This document shows, in pieces, positions 50,223-59,618 of a DNA stretch of 64,000 bases. The DNA is from a virus: IMG/VR virus record IMGVR_UViG_3300046323_000234, one strand, 5' to 3'. Position 1 is the first letter of the stretch; each line of letters begins with the position of its first letter. The notes beneath the pieces are model-generated. The model did no database searches, was not told the origin of the DNA, and saw nothing but the letters and a program-made list of their open reading frames with translations. The translations under genes were made by a program, and so were the position numbers.

Positions 50223-51338
50223 TTATAAGGTGTAAAATGGATTAACATGTGGTTGATATTGTAATGCTTTATTAATATTTTCAGCAATGGCAGCTTTATC
50301 TTCTGTCATTTGTCTTAATGTTAATTTTTTTAATGTTTCATCTATTTCAGTTTTTACAGCTTCCATTTCTTTTTCACCCTCTTCCAATAGATGTCTATAA
50401 TCCATTGTCATTTGTTGATCACCAGCTTTAAGTTCACCAGTAAAGAATCCTCTAATACCACCAATAGCTTTCTTAACTTCGGCTAAGAACATTCTTCTAA
50501 CTCTTGTTTTGGATATTGAATTTAATTGTTCCCAAGTCAATGATTCGATAGGTACATCGTTTGGTAGTTTAATGATATCATTATTTGCTTCTAAGCACTT
50601 ATCTCTACCCAAACTATTAGCAGTATCATAATAAAAATACCATACCTTAGAGCCATCTAAATGCTTTCCAAATCTATCACCAATTTCATAATTATTTCCA
50701 GGAATTGGATATAAATATAATAATTTAGTACCATTAGCACCAGCAGTTATTCTATATGTCATTTCTGAATCAACAATACGTCTTTTCATTGATCTATCTT
50801 GTGCAGATAATAAAGTTGAATATGTTGGTTGCATATATTGTGCAGGTCTACCCATATAAGACCAACCGAAAGCACCAGCGTTCCAATTACTGTTTGAATG
50901 CATATCACCAATACCAGCATCAATAAATGGTGGTGTATACCATAACACTTCATTTACTTCTCTATCTGCTGGAATTGTATATACTTGTGTATTTCCTGAT
51001 ATTAATACAAAATCTTTTTTTAATTCCCATTCAGATGGTGAACCACTACCAAGACCAACTTGTTTAGAATAAGCATATGTAAATGATTTTTCAAAATCAA
51101 GTGTTTTTGTTGTTAATGCAAATGTTAATTCAGCAGTACTTAAATCCAATCCTTGAAGTGTTGACCATTGTTGTTCAATTAACCAATTATTAATAAATGA
51201 TGAATAATCCTCAAGAGATATTGAAAAATATGTATCTAACATCTCATCACTAAGTTCAAAAACCCTTAATGGATATCCTAATTGATGTTTTATTCTTAAA
51301 TAAAGAATATCTCTATCTTTTTTTGTTATTAATTGCAT
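50223..51338 (-). CDS. Neck/head-tail connector protein (T4 gp13-like)
   Basis: IKHQLGYPLRVFELSDEMLD...KKAIGGIRG...LLEEGEKE; late motif at 51360 (-). Confidence 0.65.
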   Translation of the reverse strand: MQLITKKDRDILYLRIKHQLGYPLRVFELSDEMLDTYFSISLEDYSSFINNWLIEQQWSTLQGLDLSTAELTFALTTKTLDFEKSFTYAYSKQVGLGSGSPSEWELKKDFVLISGNTQVYTIPADREVNEVLWYTPPFIDAGIGDMHSNSNWNAGAFGWSYMGRPAQYMQPTYSTLLSAQDRSMKRRIVDSEMTYRITAGANGTKLLYLYPIPGNNYEIGDRFGKHLDGSKVWYFYYDTANSLGRDKCLEANNDIIKLPNDVPIESLTWEQLNSISKTRVRRMFLAEVKKAIGGIRGFFTGELKAGDQQMTMDYRHLLEEGEKEMEAVKTEIDETLKKLTLRQMTEDKAAIAENINKALQYQPHVNPFYTL

Positions 51339-51352
51339 TTGGTATATCTTTG
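51322..51352 (+). promoter_or_regulatory. Bacteroidota-type promoter for clpP
   Basis: TTTG at 51322, 19-nt spacer, TATCTTTG at 51345. Confidence 0.55.
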
Positions 51353-51393
51353 CTTTAATTATAAATAGTTAAACAATTAAATCAAATAATTTT

Positions 51394-52161
51394 ATGAATG
51401 AACAAAAACTATGTAACGATTTTAAAAAATATGCTTTAAGTAAAGGCATCTCATCAATGAATCTTCATTATCATGAACAAAATATCGAGGCAAACATGAC
51501 TCCATACATTTTGGAAGAAAGAGAAATGAGGGTAACACAGATGGATATCTTTTCAAGGATGATGAAAGATAGAATTATGTGGGTTGCTGGCGAAGTAAAT
51601 GATCAAATGTCAACCATTGTGCAAGCCCAATTATTATTTTTGGATTCGGTTGAACATAATAGTAAATCAGCTAGAGATATATATATGTACGTAGACACCC
51701 CAGGTGGTTCTGTTAAATCTGGATTATCAATGGTTGATGTAATGAGATATATAACTTGTGATGTTGCAACAATTAATACTGGAATGGCAGCATCGATGGG
51801 TTCAGTATTATTATCATCAGGTACAAAAAAGAAAAGATCTGCATTGAATTTCTCAAAAGTGATGATTCATCAATTGTCAAGTGGTACTAGAGGACATATC
51901 GAAGATAATAGAATTAATCAAATCGAATCCGAAAAGTATAATTATGTTTTATTTAAAATTCTTGCAGAAAATTGTGGAAAAACATTTGATGAAGTGATTG
52001 AATCAGCTAGAAGAGATAAATGGTTCACTTCACAAGAAGCAAAAGATTTTGGATTGGTTGATGAAGTTTTATTAAGTAAAAAACAAGGTGTAACACCAAT
52101 AGCCGATTATTTGATTGGATTTGATGAATATCAAAGGAAAGAATTGGATAGATTAAAATAA
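51394..52161 (+). CDS. clpP: ATP-dependent Clp protease proteolytic subunit
   Basis: MDIFSRMMKDRI, YVDTPGGSV, MAASMGS (Ser), MIHQ (His), RRDKWF (Asp). Confidence 0.93.
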   Translation: MNEQKLCNDFKKYALSKGISSMNLHYHEQNIEANMTPYILEEREMRVTQMDIFSRMMKDRIMWVAGEVNDQMSTIVQAQLLFLDSVEHNSKSARDIYMYVDTPGGSVKSGLSMVDVMRYITCDVATINTGMAASMGSVLLSSGTKKKRSALNFSKVMIHQLSSGTRGHIEDNRINQIESEKYNYVLFKILAENCGKTFDEVIESARRDKWFTSQEAKDFGLVDEVLLSKKQGVTPIADYLIGFDEYQRKELDRLK

Positions 52162-52165
52162 TAAT

Positions 52166-52205
52166 ATCAATCCAATAACTTTATTTAAAATATTATTGGA
52201 TTGAT
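52166..52205. terminator. Bidirectional terminator-like hairpin between convergent genes
   Basis: ATCAATCCAATAA...TTATTGGATTGAT. Confidence 0.65.
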
Positions 52206-52213
52206 TTTAATAA

Positions 52214-52540
52214 TTAAAACACTGAATCATCATCATCATCTTTTTTAGTTGGTGATGATTTTTTTGTTGATTTAGATTCGTTTAATGAATCAATATTGGA
52301 GTTAGCATTAGGATCTTTTTTAAATGTTTTAAATCCTAATAATGTTAAAATAAAAAAACTAAGTTCACCAAACAAAACATGGTCAAATTCATGTTTATCA
52401 TGCATAATATATAAGCCAAATACTAAATACGCTATGTACATGAAGAAAGACGACATTGCCAAGAACTTGGTAATGCTAAATTTGTCCGATCCTCTATCTA
52501 ATAATAGATCAAATAATAATTTGGTTAAATAGTTTCTCAT
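52214..52540 (-). CDS. Holin-like membrane protein
   Basis: Start MRNYL 16 nt after late motif (52557-52565); two TM segments and charged C-terminus. Confidence 0.5.
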   Translation of the reverse strand: MRNYLTKLLFDLLLDRGSDKFSITKFLAMSSFFMYIAYLVFGLYIMHDKHEFDHVLFGELSFFILTLLGFKTFKKDPNANSNIDSLNESKSTKKSSPTKKDDDDDSVF

Positions 52541-52607
52541 TTTGGCTTGTTTTTTATATAAATAGTGTGTAAATTCGTGAATTAATAATTTTAAAACGTG
52601 AAATATT

Positions 52608-53075
52608 ATGACTAGAGAAGAAATGAGTAAAGACATAGCAAATAGATATGGATTTACAACTGAAATGGTTGAAAAAATGGTAAATACTTTGGGTAAACGA
52701 CATTCAGATGATGATTATTTATTTAATGAAATTATTAGATTGGAGAATCCACAAGTTATGATGGATATGATAAAAGCTGATAGAATTGCAAAATTCGATG
52801 CACCAGTTTCTAAATTAAGAAATCAATTAAGTAAAAATGGTATAACTTTCGATTTTGAATCCGATAATAATAATGTTATTGTTTTAAAAGATAATGGTCG
52901 CCTAAAAATAGCAAAAGATTGTTTCTACCGATATTCTGGTTCAGTTGCTGTTTTATATAGAACAAAAGATAATCAACAATTGGAAATAATTGATGTAACT
53001 GATGAAATGTTTATTATGAATTACATCAAAGTAAGCATTGAAATATTTTTTAACGTAAACAACAAAGCAAAATGA
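52608..53075 (+). CDS. Hypothetical protein
   Basis: 155 aa ORF. Confidence 0.5.
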   Translation: MTREEMSKDIANRYGFTTEMVEKMVNTLGKRHSDDDYLFNEIIRLENPQVMMDMIKADRIAKFDAPVSKLRNQLSKNGITFDFESDNNNVIVLKDNGRLKIAKDCFYRYSGSVAVLYRTKDNQQLEIIDVTDEMFIMNYIKVSIEIFFNVNNKAK

Positions 53076-53785
53076 ACAACATAAAAGAAATTGAAAATTT
53101 ATTATTCTTGGATATTGAATCTATTCCAGAGTATGAAACTGCTGAAGAATTTAAAGCTGAAAAGCCAATCCTATATGGTATTTTTATTGAAAAATATTAT
53201 AAGGAATCAAAAGAAAGATTAGAATTGAATATGGATGAGGATACTTTTTATAGAAAGAGATCACCATTATATGCTGAGTTTTCAAAGATAATCTGTATTT
53301 CGATTGGTAAAGTTACCTTTGATGAAAATGGTAATCATGTAAAGAATATCATTAGATCAAAAATAGGTCATGATGAAGTTGAGGTATTAAATCAATTTAT
53401 TCAAGGTCTTGAAAAAATGAATGGTATGTTCACAAAATTTGCTGGTCATAACATTATTGCATTTGATTTACCGATGATAATAAAGAAGTGTATTAAGCAT
53501 GGTATTAAATTACCAAAGATACTTCAATTACATAATCTAAAGCCTTGGGAATCACCATTGCTTGATACAATGAAGATGTGGCAGTTTAATTCATATTATA
53601 TGAGTTCATTGGAACTGGCTTGTGAATATCTTGAACTACCAAATCCAAAAGCTGGTGATGTATCAGGGAAGAACCTTGCAGAATTTTATTATAAAACAAA
53701 AGATCTAAATGCCATTAAAACATATTGTGAGGCTGATATTGAATCAACCATTCAAATGATATTAAAAATTTATAATTGTTTTTAA
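53072..53785 (+). CDS. PolB-related stand-alone 3'-5' exonuclease
   Basis: FLDIES, KIICIS, GHNIIAFDLP, LDTM, YCEADI. Confidence 0.85.
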   Translation: MNNIKEIENLLFLDIESIPEYETAEEFKAEKPILYGIFIEKYYKESKERLELNMDEDTFYRKRSPLYAEFSKIICISIGKVTFDENGNHVKNIIRSKIGHDEVEVLNQFIQGLEKMNGMFTKFAGHNIIAFDLPMIIKKCIKHGIKLPKILQLHNLKPWESPLLDTMKMWQFNSYYMSSLELACEYLELPNPKAGDVSGKNLAEFYYKTKDLNAIKTYCEADIESTIQMILKIYNCF

Positions 53786-53793
53786 ATTACATC

Positions 53794-54168
53794 ATGCTTT
53801 GTAACTATCTAAACGATATTTATCTTAATCATATTCATCCTTCTTTATTGAAGGATGAATTTATTTATTCGGCTGAAGCTAAACAAACTTTTTTGGATTT
53901 GTGGTTCTCTTGCAATAATATAAGAAGAAATTTTTCAAATAATAGTTATTATTATATGAAAAATGAATTATTATTTAAAATAATTGCTAGTTCGGATTCA
54001 AAAAAACAACTATTATATTGCCATTACGATAAGGTTTGGGGTATTTTCGAATTTAAATATCATATGCAATATGGTGACATTTATTTCTTCATACAGAACG
54101 TGGTGGAAAATACACTCAAATTAAAGTCAACAATACCATCTAGATTTGGACAACCTCCAAATAAATAA
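53794..54168 (+). CDS. Hypothetical protein, MLCxYINxIY family
   Basis: MLCNYLNDIYLNHIHPSLLKDEFIY..FLDLW. Confidence 0.6.
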   Translation: MLCNYLNDIYLNHIHPSLLKDEFIYSAEAKQTFLDLWFSCNNIRRNFSNNSYYYMKNELLFKIIASSDSKKQLLYCHYDKVWGIFEFKYHMQYGDIYFFIQNVVENTLKLKSTIPSRFGQPPNK

Positions 54169-54280
54169 TGATTGATTGCTTAGAATAGTTACAAATTAGG
54201 GCAAATAATAAAATATTATATTGATAACAATATTTTTTTAGATAGTTGATGCTATTTATAATTAAATCAACCAATCTAAA

Positions 54281-54511
54281 ATGAAAGATCTAATTAAAAA
54301 AATATTTGTCGGTAGGATGTTATTTTTTCCAAAGCAATTTATATATTTATTTTTATCATTTTTTACACTATCGTTGTCTAAGATGGTAAATGGAAGTGAA
54401 GCATTTTTTGAAGGAGAATGGGTAATTGTTTTATCCGTTGTCCTTTTTTTATTTTTCGCAGCTTCAATGATAATAACATTATTTTTTCATTTAAAACAAA
54501 AAAATAAGTAA
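54281..54511 (+). CDS. Small membrane protein
   Basis: Two hydrophobic segments; late motif at 54252. Confidence 0.5.
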   Translation: MKDLIKKIFVGRMLFFPKQFIYLFLSFFTLSLSKMVNGSEAFFEGEWVIVLSVVLFLFFAASMIITLFFHLKQKNK

Positions 54512-54957
54512 TGGATTTATCTGTATTAATTCTAGTTTTGGTGATGTCTTTGTGGATGATATTATCAGTTATTGAACATTATTTTATAATATTATTTTGG
54601 AATAATAAGGAAGGATCACAAAAGTACTGGCATATATTAACAGCAACAATTAGATTGTTATTATCCAGCTACATCTTTTATATAGTCTTTGGATTGCATT
54701 GGTTGATGATTAAAGCCCTCTATATGTTTCTCCTTATGTGGTGGATTTGTTTTGACATTTTGATCAATCTAAAGCGAAAAAAGCCACTATTTTACGTAGG
54801 ATTTAATAACTATATCGACAAGAATATTAGATTCTACACCATTAAACTAAACCAATTATTGGCTAAACTTGGAATTAAAAAATACGTTGAGGTTGTTACA
54901 GTTAATATGCTACTCAAGCTCTTTGTCGTTGGAATAAGTTTGCTTGTATTTCTGTAA
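54511..54957 (+). CDS. Membrane protein
   Basis: Several TM segments; WICFDILIN...FYVG...ID. Confidence 0.55.
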   Translation: MDLSVLILVLVMSLWMILSVIEHYFIILFWNNKEGSQKYWHILTATIRLLLSSYIFYIVFGLHWLMIKALYMFLLMWWICFDILINLKRKKPLFYVGFNNYIDKNIRFYTIKLNQLLAKLGIKKYVEVVTVNMLLKLFVVGISLLVFL

Positions 54958-55146
54958 TTCATCCAATATAACATTCACCGTAAATAAACTACAGCCGTAG
55001 TAAAATCCAATCTTATGGATTAGCGTTGTGAATGAAAAATGTTGCATTGGAGTGACCACAGTAAATATTGCAGATAGATAAAAAATAAATAATACAGCAA
55101 TTATAAAAGCCGAATTATTTATATCACTATCCATTTTAAACAAACC

Positions 55147-56445
55147 GTGAACTTACCCACCCACACTTCGTGATAGTTGGGCTTCCACGTATCACGCACA
55201 GGCTATTGCCTCACGTTGAGATACGCTAGGCTTGTTCCTAAGCCCGAAGTTTTTAATATTTATAGCTGCATTAATATCTCTATCATGCTTGGTATTGCAT
55301 TTAATGCAAATCCATTCTCTATCATTAAGTGTTAATTCTTTATTGATATATCCACAACAATTACAAGTTTTACTTGATGGCTCAAATCTACCAATTACTG
55401 ATAGATTTTTTCCTTGCCATTCAGCCTTATATTCCAGCATTGTTCTGAACTCACCCCAACCCATATCACTTATCGCTCTTGCAAGGCAATGGTTTTTAAC
55501 CATGTTCTTTACAGATAAGTCCTCAAGACAAATTGTATCATAATTATCGATAAGGTATTTGCTTATCTTGTGTAGATAATCTTGTCTTTGATTACGAACT
55601 GTTTCATGAAGCAAGGCAACAATCAATTTTTGTTTTTTGTATTGGTTACTTCCTTTCTTCTTTCTTGCAAGACTTCTTTGTTCAACTCTTAATTTTTGCA
55701 TTGTAGATTTAAAGAAATCTTTGTTCTCGAATTTCTTTCCATCTGATGTTATTGCAAAATCTTTTATTCCCAAATCAACACCAACAGCAGAAGTTTCTGT
55801 TATTGGCAATTTCTTTGGTAATTCTTGTTTGTTGTCAACTAATATGCTAACAAAATATTTATTTGTAACTGTTCGTGAAACAGTAACAGTTTTTATATCT
55901 CCTTTAAATTCTCTATGTAAATCAATTCCAACATATTTAAGTTTAGGAATAAATATTTGCTTATTATCTTCACTTAAAAATACACCTTGTGGTAGTTGAA
56001 ATGATTGTTTTCCATGTTTATTCTTAAACTTTGGAAACCCCTTTCCCTTAAAAAAATTTGTATATGCATTATCAAGATTACGTAAAACCATTTGTAAAGC
56101 TTGTGATGGTGCTTCCTTGAGCCAAGGGCATTCAGTATCTTTTAACTCCTTCACTTGCTTAATAAGGTCAAAGCAATCAATATTGGTTTTATTCCCAACA
56201 TAAGCAGTTATCTTGGTTTCTAATCCAAGATTATATACAAAACGAGTTTGTCCAAATATATTAGCAAGAAGACCTTGTTGATCTTCTGATGGGAATATTC
56301 GATATTTATATGCTTTTAACAATTTATAGATAACCTTATTTATCTATAAATAGTATAATATTTTAAAAAAGATTTAAATAATTAAAAATAATTTGTCGCT
56401 TACATCCCATCCACGTAAAAACGATGAATGGGTTTTACGCTCCGT
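55147..56445 (-). mobile_element. Non-autonomous IS200/IS605 element (tnpB only)
   Basis: tnpB flanked by left-end hairpin CCCATTCA..TGGATGGG and right end ..GTGGGTGGGTAAGTTCAC; no tnpA; left boundary approximate. Confidence 0.8.
55192..56322 (-). CDS. tnpB: TnpB RNA-guided nuclease
   Basis: MLKAYKYRIFP HTH, GVDLGIK (RuvC-I), ICLEDL (RuvC-II), CNCC..CIKC Zn finger, HDRDINAA (RuvC-III). Confidence 0.95.
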   Translation of the reverse strand: MLKAYKYRIFPSEDQQGLLANIFGQTRFVYNLGLETKITAYVGNKTNIDCFDLIKQVKELKDTECPWLKEAPSQALQMVLRNLDNAYTNFFKGKGFPKFKNKHGKQSFQLPQGVFLSEDNKQIFIPKLKYVGIDLHREFKGDIKTVTVSRTVTNKYFVSILVDNKQELPKKLPITETSAVGVDLGIKDFAITSDGKKFENKDFFKSTMQKLRVEQRSLARKKKGSNQYKKQKLIVALLHETVRNQRQDYLHKISKYLIDNYDTICLEDLSVKNMVKNHCLARAISDMGWGEFRTMLEYKAEWQGKNLSVIGRFEPSSKTCNCCGYINKELTLNDREWICIKCNTKHDRDINAAINIKNFGLRNKPSVSQREAIACA

Positions 56446-56669
56446 TATATAAAATATAATTGATAATATTAATAACGGTATTGAATTGTTATAGATATGG
56501 GCATAATCTTGATGTAGTAAATTACAAGTAAATATTCCATGTATCTGGGAGAACATTTGTGGTCTAAGTGAAAAATAATAATATATAGTTCCACTCGAAT
56601 CCAATAAGGTTATAAAATATGTAAACCACACCATTACTAACAATGTAATTGGAAAGAAATACTTTGAAA

Positions 56670-57014
56670 TCATCTATTTGTACCATTGATTCTAGCATCT
56701 ATAATTTCGAATATCTCCCAAGCATAATCTTTAACATTATCAACATAATAATAAAAATCTTCATGTCTTTTATTAATCCAAAGATCTTTTATTGTTAAAT
56801 TCCCCAATATAATTAAAATACTATGTGTTTTTTCTTTTAATAATTCAAAGTTTTTAAAAACATCATTACCATACGACTTGCAACATATATCAACTTCATT
56901 CTTAATTAAGTTCAACTTTTTTATTTGTGTATCTAGTGTTTCAATTTCTCTATGAGTTAGAACATAATTAATGTGTTTTCTTGGTTTGATTAATTCTTGA
57001 TTGCTACTGTCCAT
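56670..57014 (-). CDS. Hypothetical protein
   Basis: 114 aa ORF. Confidence 0.45.
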   Translation of the reverse strand: MDSSNQELIKPRKHINYVLTHREIETLDTQIKKLNLIKNEVDICCKSYGNDVFKNFELLKEKTHSILIILGNLTIKDLWINKRHEDFYYYVDNVKDYAWEIFEIIDARINGTNR

Positions 57015-57089
57015 ATGGTTTTTAGATTTAGTTATTATTTATAATAAAGGTTAATTTAAATATTATATTTCACAAAAACAATTTTTTAT

Positions 57090-57818
57090 TTATAAACTAG
57101 AAAATATTATTAAATATTTTTCAAGACTAGTTCCATTACCATCATATTTCCTAATTGTTTTATTATTTTTCTTGAAGTTTTCCATTGAACCATTATTGTT
57201 TAAATAATGTTTAAGGGATTCAACACCTAATAGATGTGAACTGGCAAGCATTCCCTCTAATGTAATCTTAATGCCGTTTATTTCTACGTCAATAAATCTA
57301 TCCATATTGTTATTTAATATGTATTGGAGATTGGCAGCAACAAGCATATTCATTGACACTTCTTGATAGGCACTATCTAATAGATAATCTTTGCTGGATA
57401 ATAATGTATCAAGGTAGTTGTTTTTATTTAATGAACGAAGTGTATTTATTGAAAATTGATACTTACCAATATAACCACCAGAATTAACAGCTTTATAATC
57501 ACCATGCCCTCTACTTTCTAGTAGCCACATAACCTTTTTGTAATTATATAGGGATATCTCATCAATTAATAGATCATCAAATACAGAATCTTTGATCACT
57601 CTTTTATTATTTAGAATAGATTTATCATAAATGCTATAATCTATTTTGGTGACGAATGAATCATGTAGTGTTATGTATTCATCATTGATTTTTAAGACTT
57701 TGGTTAAACTGTTGTTATCGATCTCAAATATTGGATTTGTATTCATTGAAACGTTTCGCATGAAGGGAAAAAATATCAAGAAACTGGTTAAACCAAGTGT
57801 AATTATTTTTTTAATCAT
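57090..57818 (-). CDS. Lysozyme-like/lytic transglycosylase with N-terminal signal-anchor
   Basis: LESRG..Y.AVN..GYIGKYQF...ITLEGMLASSHLLG...DGNGTS. Confidence 0.7.
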   Translation of the reverse strand: MIKKIITLGLTSFLIFFPFMRNVSMNTNPIFEIDNNSLTKVLKINDEYITLHDSFVTKIDYSIYDKSILNNKRVIKDSVFDDLLIDEISLYNYKKVMWLLESRGHGDYKAVNSGGYIGKYQFSINTLRSLNKNNYLDTLLSSKDYLLDSAYQEVSMNMLVAANLQYILNNNMDRFIDVEINGIKITLEGMLASSHLLGVESLKHYLNNNGSMENFKKNNKTIRKYDGNGTSLEKYLIIFSSL

Positions 57819-57928
57819 AATTAGTATTTTACAACATATTCTAAATCAAATAGATATTGATCTAGAATTTTTATTTAAATAGTAAACAAATATATAAAAT
57901 AAGATACACATATCCAAATATTAAATAT

Positions 57929-58837
57929 CTATTTCAGATTCAGCATATGAAAAGTGAATCCAAAATTCGTTGATGCTGAGTAAAAATCACTTACTTTATG
58001 CCATTTAATACTATCGAATGGATATTTATCAATCAATCTAAATTCGTTTTTTGTTAATTGATATATGTAATGGATTGTACCAGATTTATTTGTTAACAAT
58101 ATAGTTGTTACATTATTTTCAATATATGATCCATAGTAGACCAGATATTCTTTAATATTATAAACCTCAGATGGAAATTCATATGATTGGATTGGTTTAA
58201 TAATAATTGCACCATCGATGTCAAGTAAATATAAAAATCCATTACCGTTACTATCTAAATTTCCATATATGTCATAATTGAAATTTAGTATATCGCTATT
58301 GTTATAAATAAAAGATGTTTTGGATTTGTTCCATTGATATAGGTTATCAGTATAGAATATATGGATGGTGTCATCGTTATTTTTATATGTAAGTTTACCA
58401 GTTGAAGATATGAATGCAACATTGGCAATTGGAAAATCTTCGCTAGAGGCCAATATTTTAAACTGTAATTCAAGATTATGTACATGGATGATAGATTGCT
58501 TGCCAGTACGTAAATTAAGCCTATATAAGAAACTTTTTTTATTATAATAGGCAATTGAATCATTTGATAATCTAATATCATTAATGAATAGATTTAAATC
58601 CTTTATCTGCCAATTTACACCACAATCATATGAAATAACAGAATTAGAATTATATGTTGCATATATTGTTTTATTAAATGCAAATACATTCTCATTCCAA
58701 TTCTTTGAAATATCACCATTGTTATTCACAAATTGGATTTGATTGGTCTGTGCATTACTATTATAACCACTAGCTATAAACAATAATTGGACTATGCAAT
58801 ATAATCCAATCCAATAATTTTTATTATTTAACATCAT
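57929..58837 (-). CDS. Secreted beta-rich hypothetical protein
   Basis: Hydrophobic N-terminus; SYDCGVNW (BNR/Asp-box-like). Confidence 0.45.
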   Translation of the reverse strand: MMLNNKNYWIGLYCIVQLLFIASGYNSNAQTNQIQFVNNNGDISKNWNENVFAFNKTIYATYNSNSVISYDCGVNWQIKDLNLFINDIRLSNDSIAYYNKKSFLYRLNLRTGKQSIIHVHNLELQFKILASSEDFPIANVAFISSTGKLTYKNNDDTIHIFYTDNLYQWNKSKTSFIYNNSDILNFNYDIYGNLDSNGNGFLYLLDIDGAIIIKPIQSYEFPSEVYNIKEYLVYYGSYIENNVTTILLTNKSGTIHYIYQLTKNEFRLIDKYPFDSIKWHKVSDFYSASTNFGFTFHMLNLK

Positions 58838-58844
58838 TTATAAT

Positions 58845-59372
58845 TTATTGTAAATTAATTCTAAGACCTAATTCTTTAAACTTTAATAGTGCTTCAGCAT
58901 TACCTTTACAGTCATCAACGGGATGGTGGCTGTGTTTAGTTTTTCTATATTTTCTTTTCCATTCTTGGTTTAATGATGCATCATTTTTCATCCCACAATA
59001 TAAATCCCCAATCCTACGACCTGAGAATCCAAAAGGATTTTTACCAATAAAATTATGAAAGTACCAATTAATCCACTGCCAATCAAAAGCAAGATTATCA
59101 CTAATGAATGTTGGTTTACCAATCGAATTTTCATTTATCCAATCCAAAAATAATTGCATAACATCTTGTGGTTCATCAAATCCCAAATGTTGATCACGAC
59201 TGAAACCACTAATTGCTAAAGCTTCTGGAATCCAAATATTGGATATTGGTTTTACTTTACCGTAAAAAGTTTTTGTTAATGAAGGTTCAACAATAACAGC
59301 ACCAAAACAAACCATCGAATATTTGTGAGGAATTTCACCATCAGCTTCAACATCAACTACCATATAACTCAT
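58845..59372 (-). CDS. DEDDh 3'-5' exonuclease (Rv2179c-like)
   Basis: VVDVEADG, SDNLAFDW, HHPVDD. Confidence 0.85.
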   Translation of the reverse strand: MSYMVVDVEADGEIPHKYSMVCFGAVIVEPSLTKTFYGKVKPISNIWIPEALAISGFSRDQHLGFDEPQDVMQLFLDWINENSIGKPTFISDNLAFDWQWINWYFHNFIGKNPFGFSGRRIGDLYCGMKNDASLNQEWKRKYRKTKHSHHPVDDCKGNAEALLKFKELGLRINLQ

Positions 59373-59387
59373 GTTTAATTAATTTAA

Positions 59388-59585
59388 TTATTTTACTATC
59401 CAAGTAAATCCAAAGACACCAATCATAATAATTCTATTCATATCCGCATTTTCTGAATGTGGATTATCTAATCTTCTAACAACCAATATTGGAAATTGGT
59501 TCACCATCAAATTAAAATAGTCATGTATTCTGATATGACCACTATATTCACAATACCACAAGCAATTATTTAAATATTTTTTCAT
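59388..59585 (-). CDS. Small hypothetical protein
   Basis: 65 aa ORF. Confidence 0.45.
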   Translation of the reverse strand: MKKYLNNCLWYCEYSGHIRIHDYFNLMVNQFPILVVRRLDNPHSENADMNRIIMIGVFGFTWIVK

Positions 59586-59618
59586 AATATTCTATTAAAT
59601 TTTGTTAAAGGTAACTAA

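Larger units (their letters stand above)
5033..56353. promoter_or_regulatory. Dispersed putative late promoter motif CTATTTATA (19 copies)
   Basis: + strand at 5033, 8311, 14235, 16233, 17301, 17943, 21204, 22851, 24231, 29646, 35043, 38629, 42815, 44426, 45801, 54252; - strand at 51360, 52557, 56345; each 12-24 nt before a start codon. Confidence 0.8.
54910..56673 (-). pseudogene. Rhomboid-like protease gene split by IS insertion
   Basis: 5' part 56673-~56446 has HQDYAHIYNNS; 3' part 55146-54910 has HKIGFYYG; the GxSG catalytic segment is in neither piece. Confidence 0.6.
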
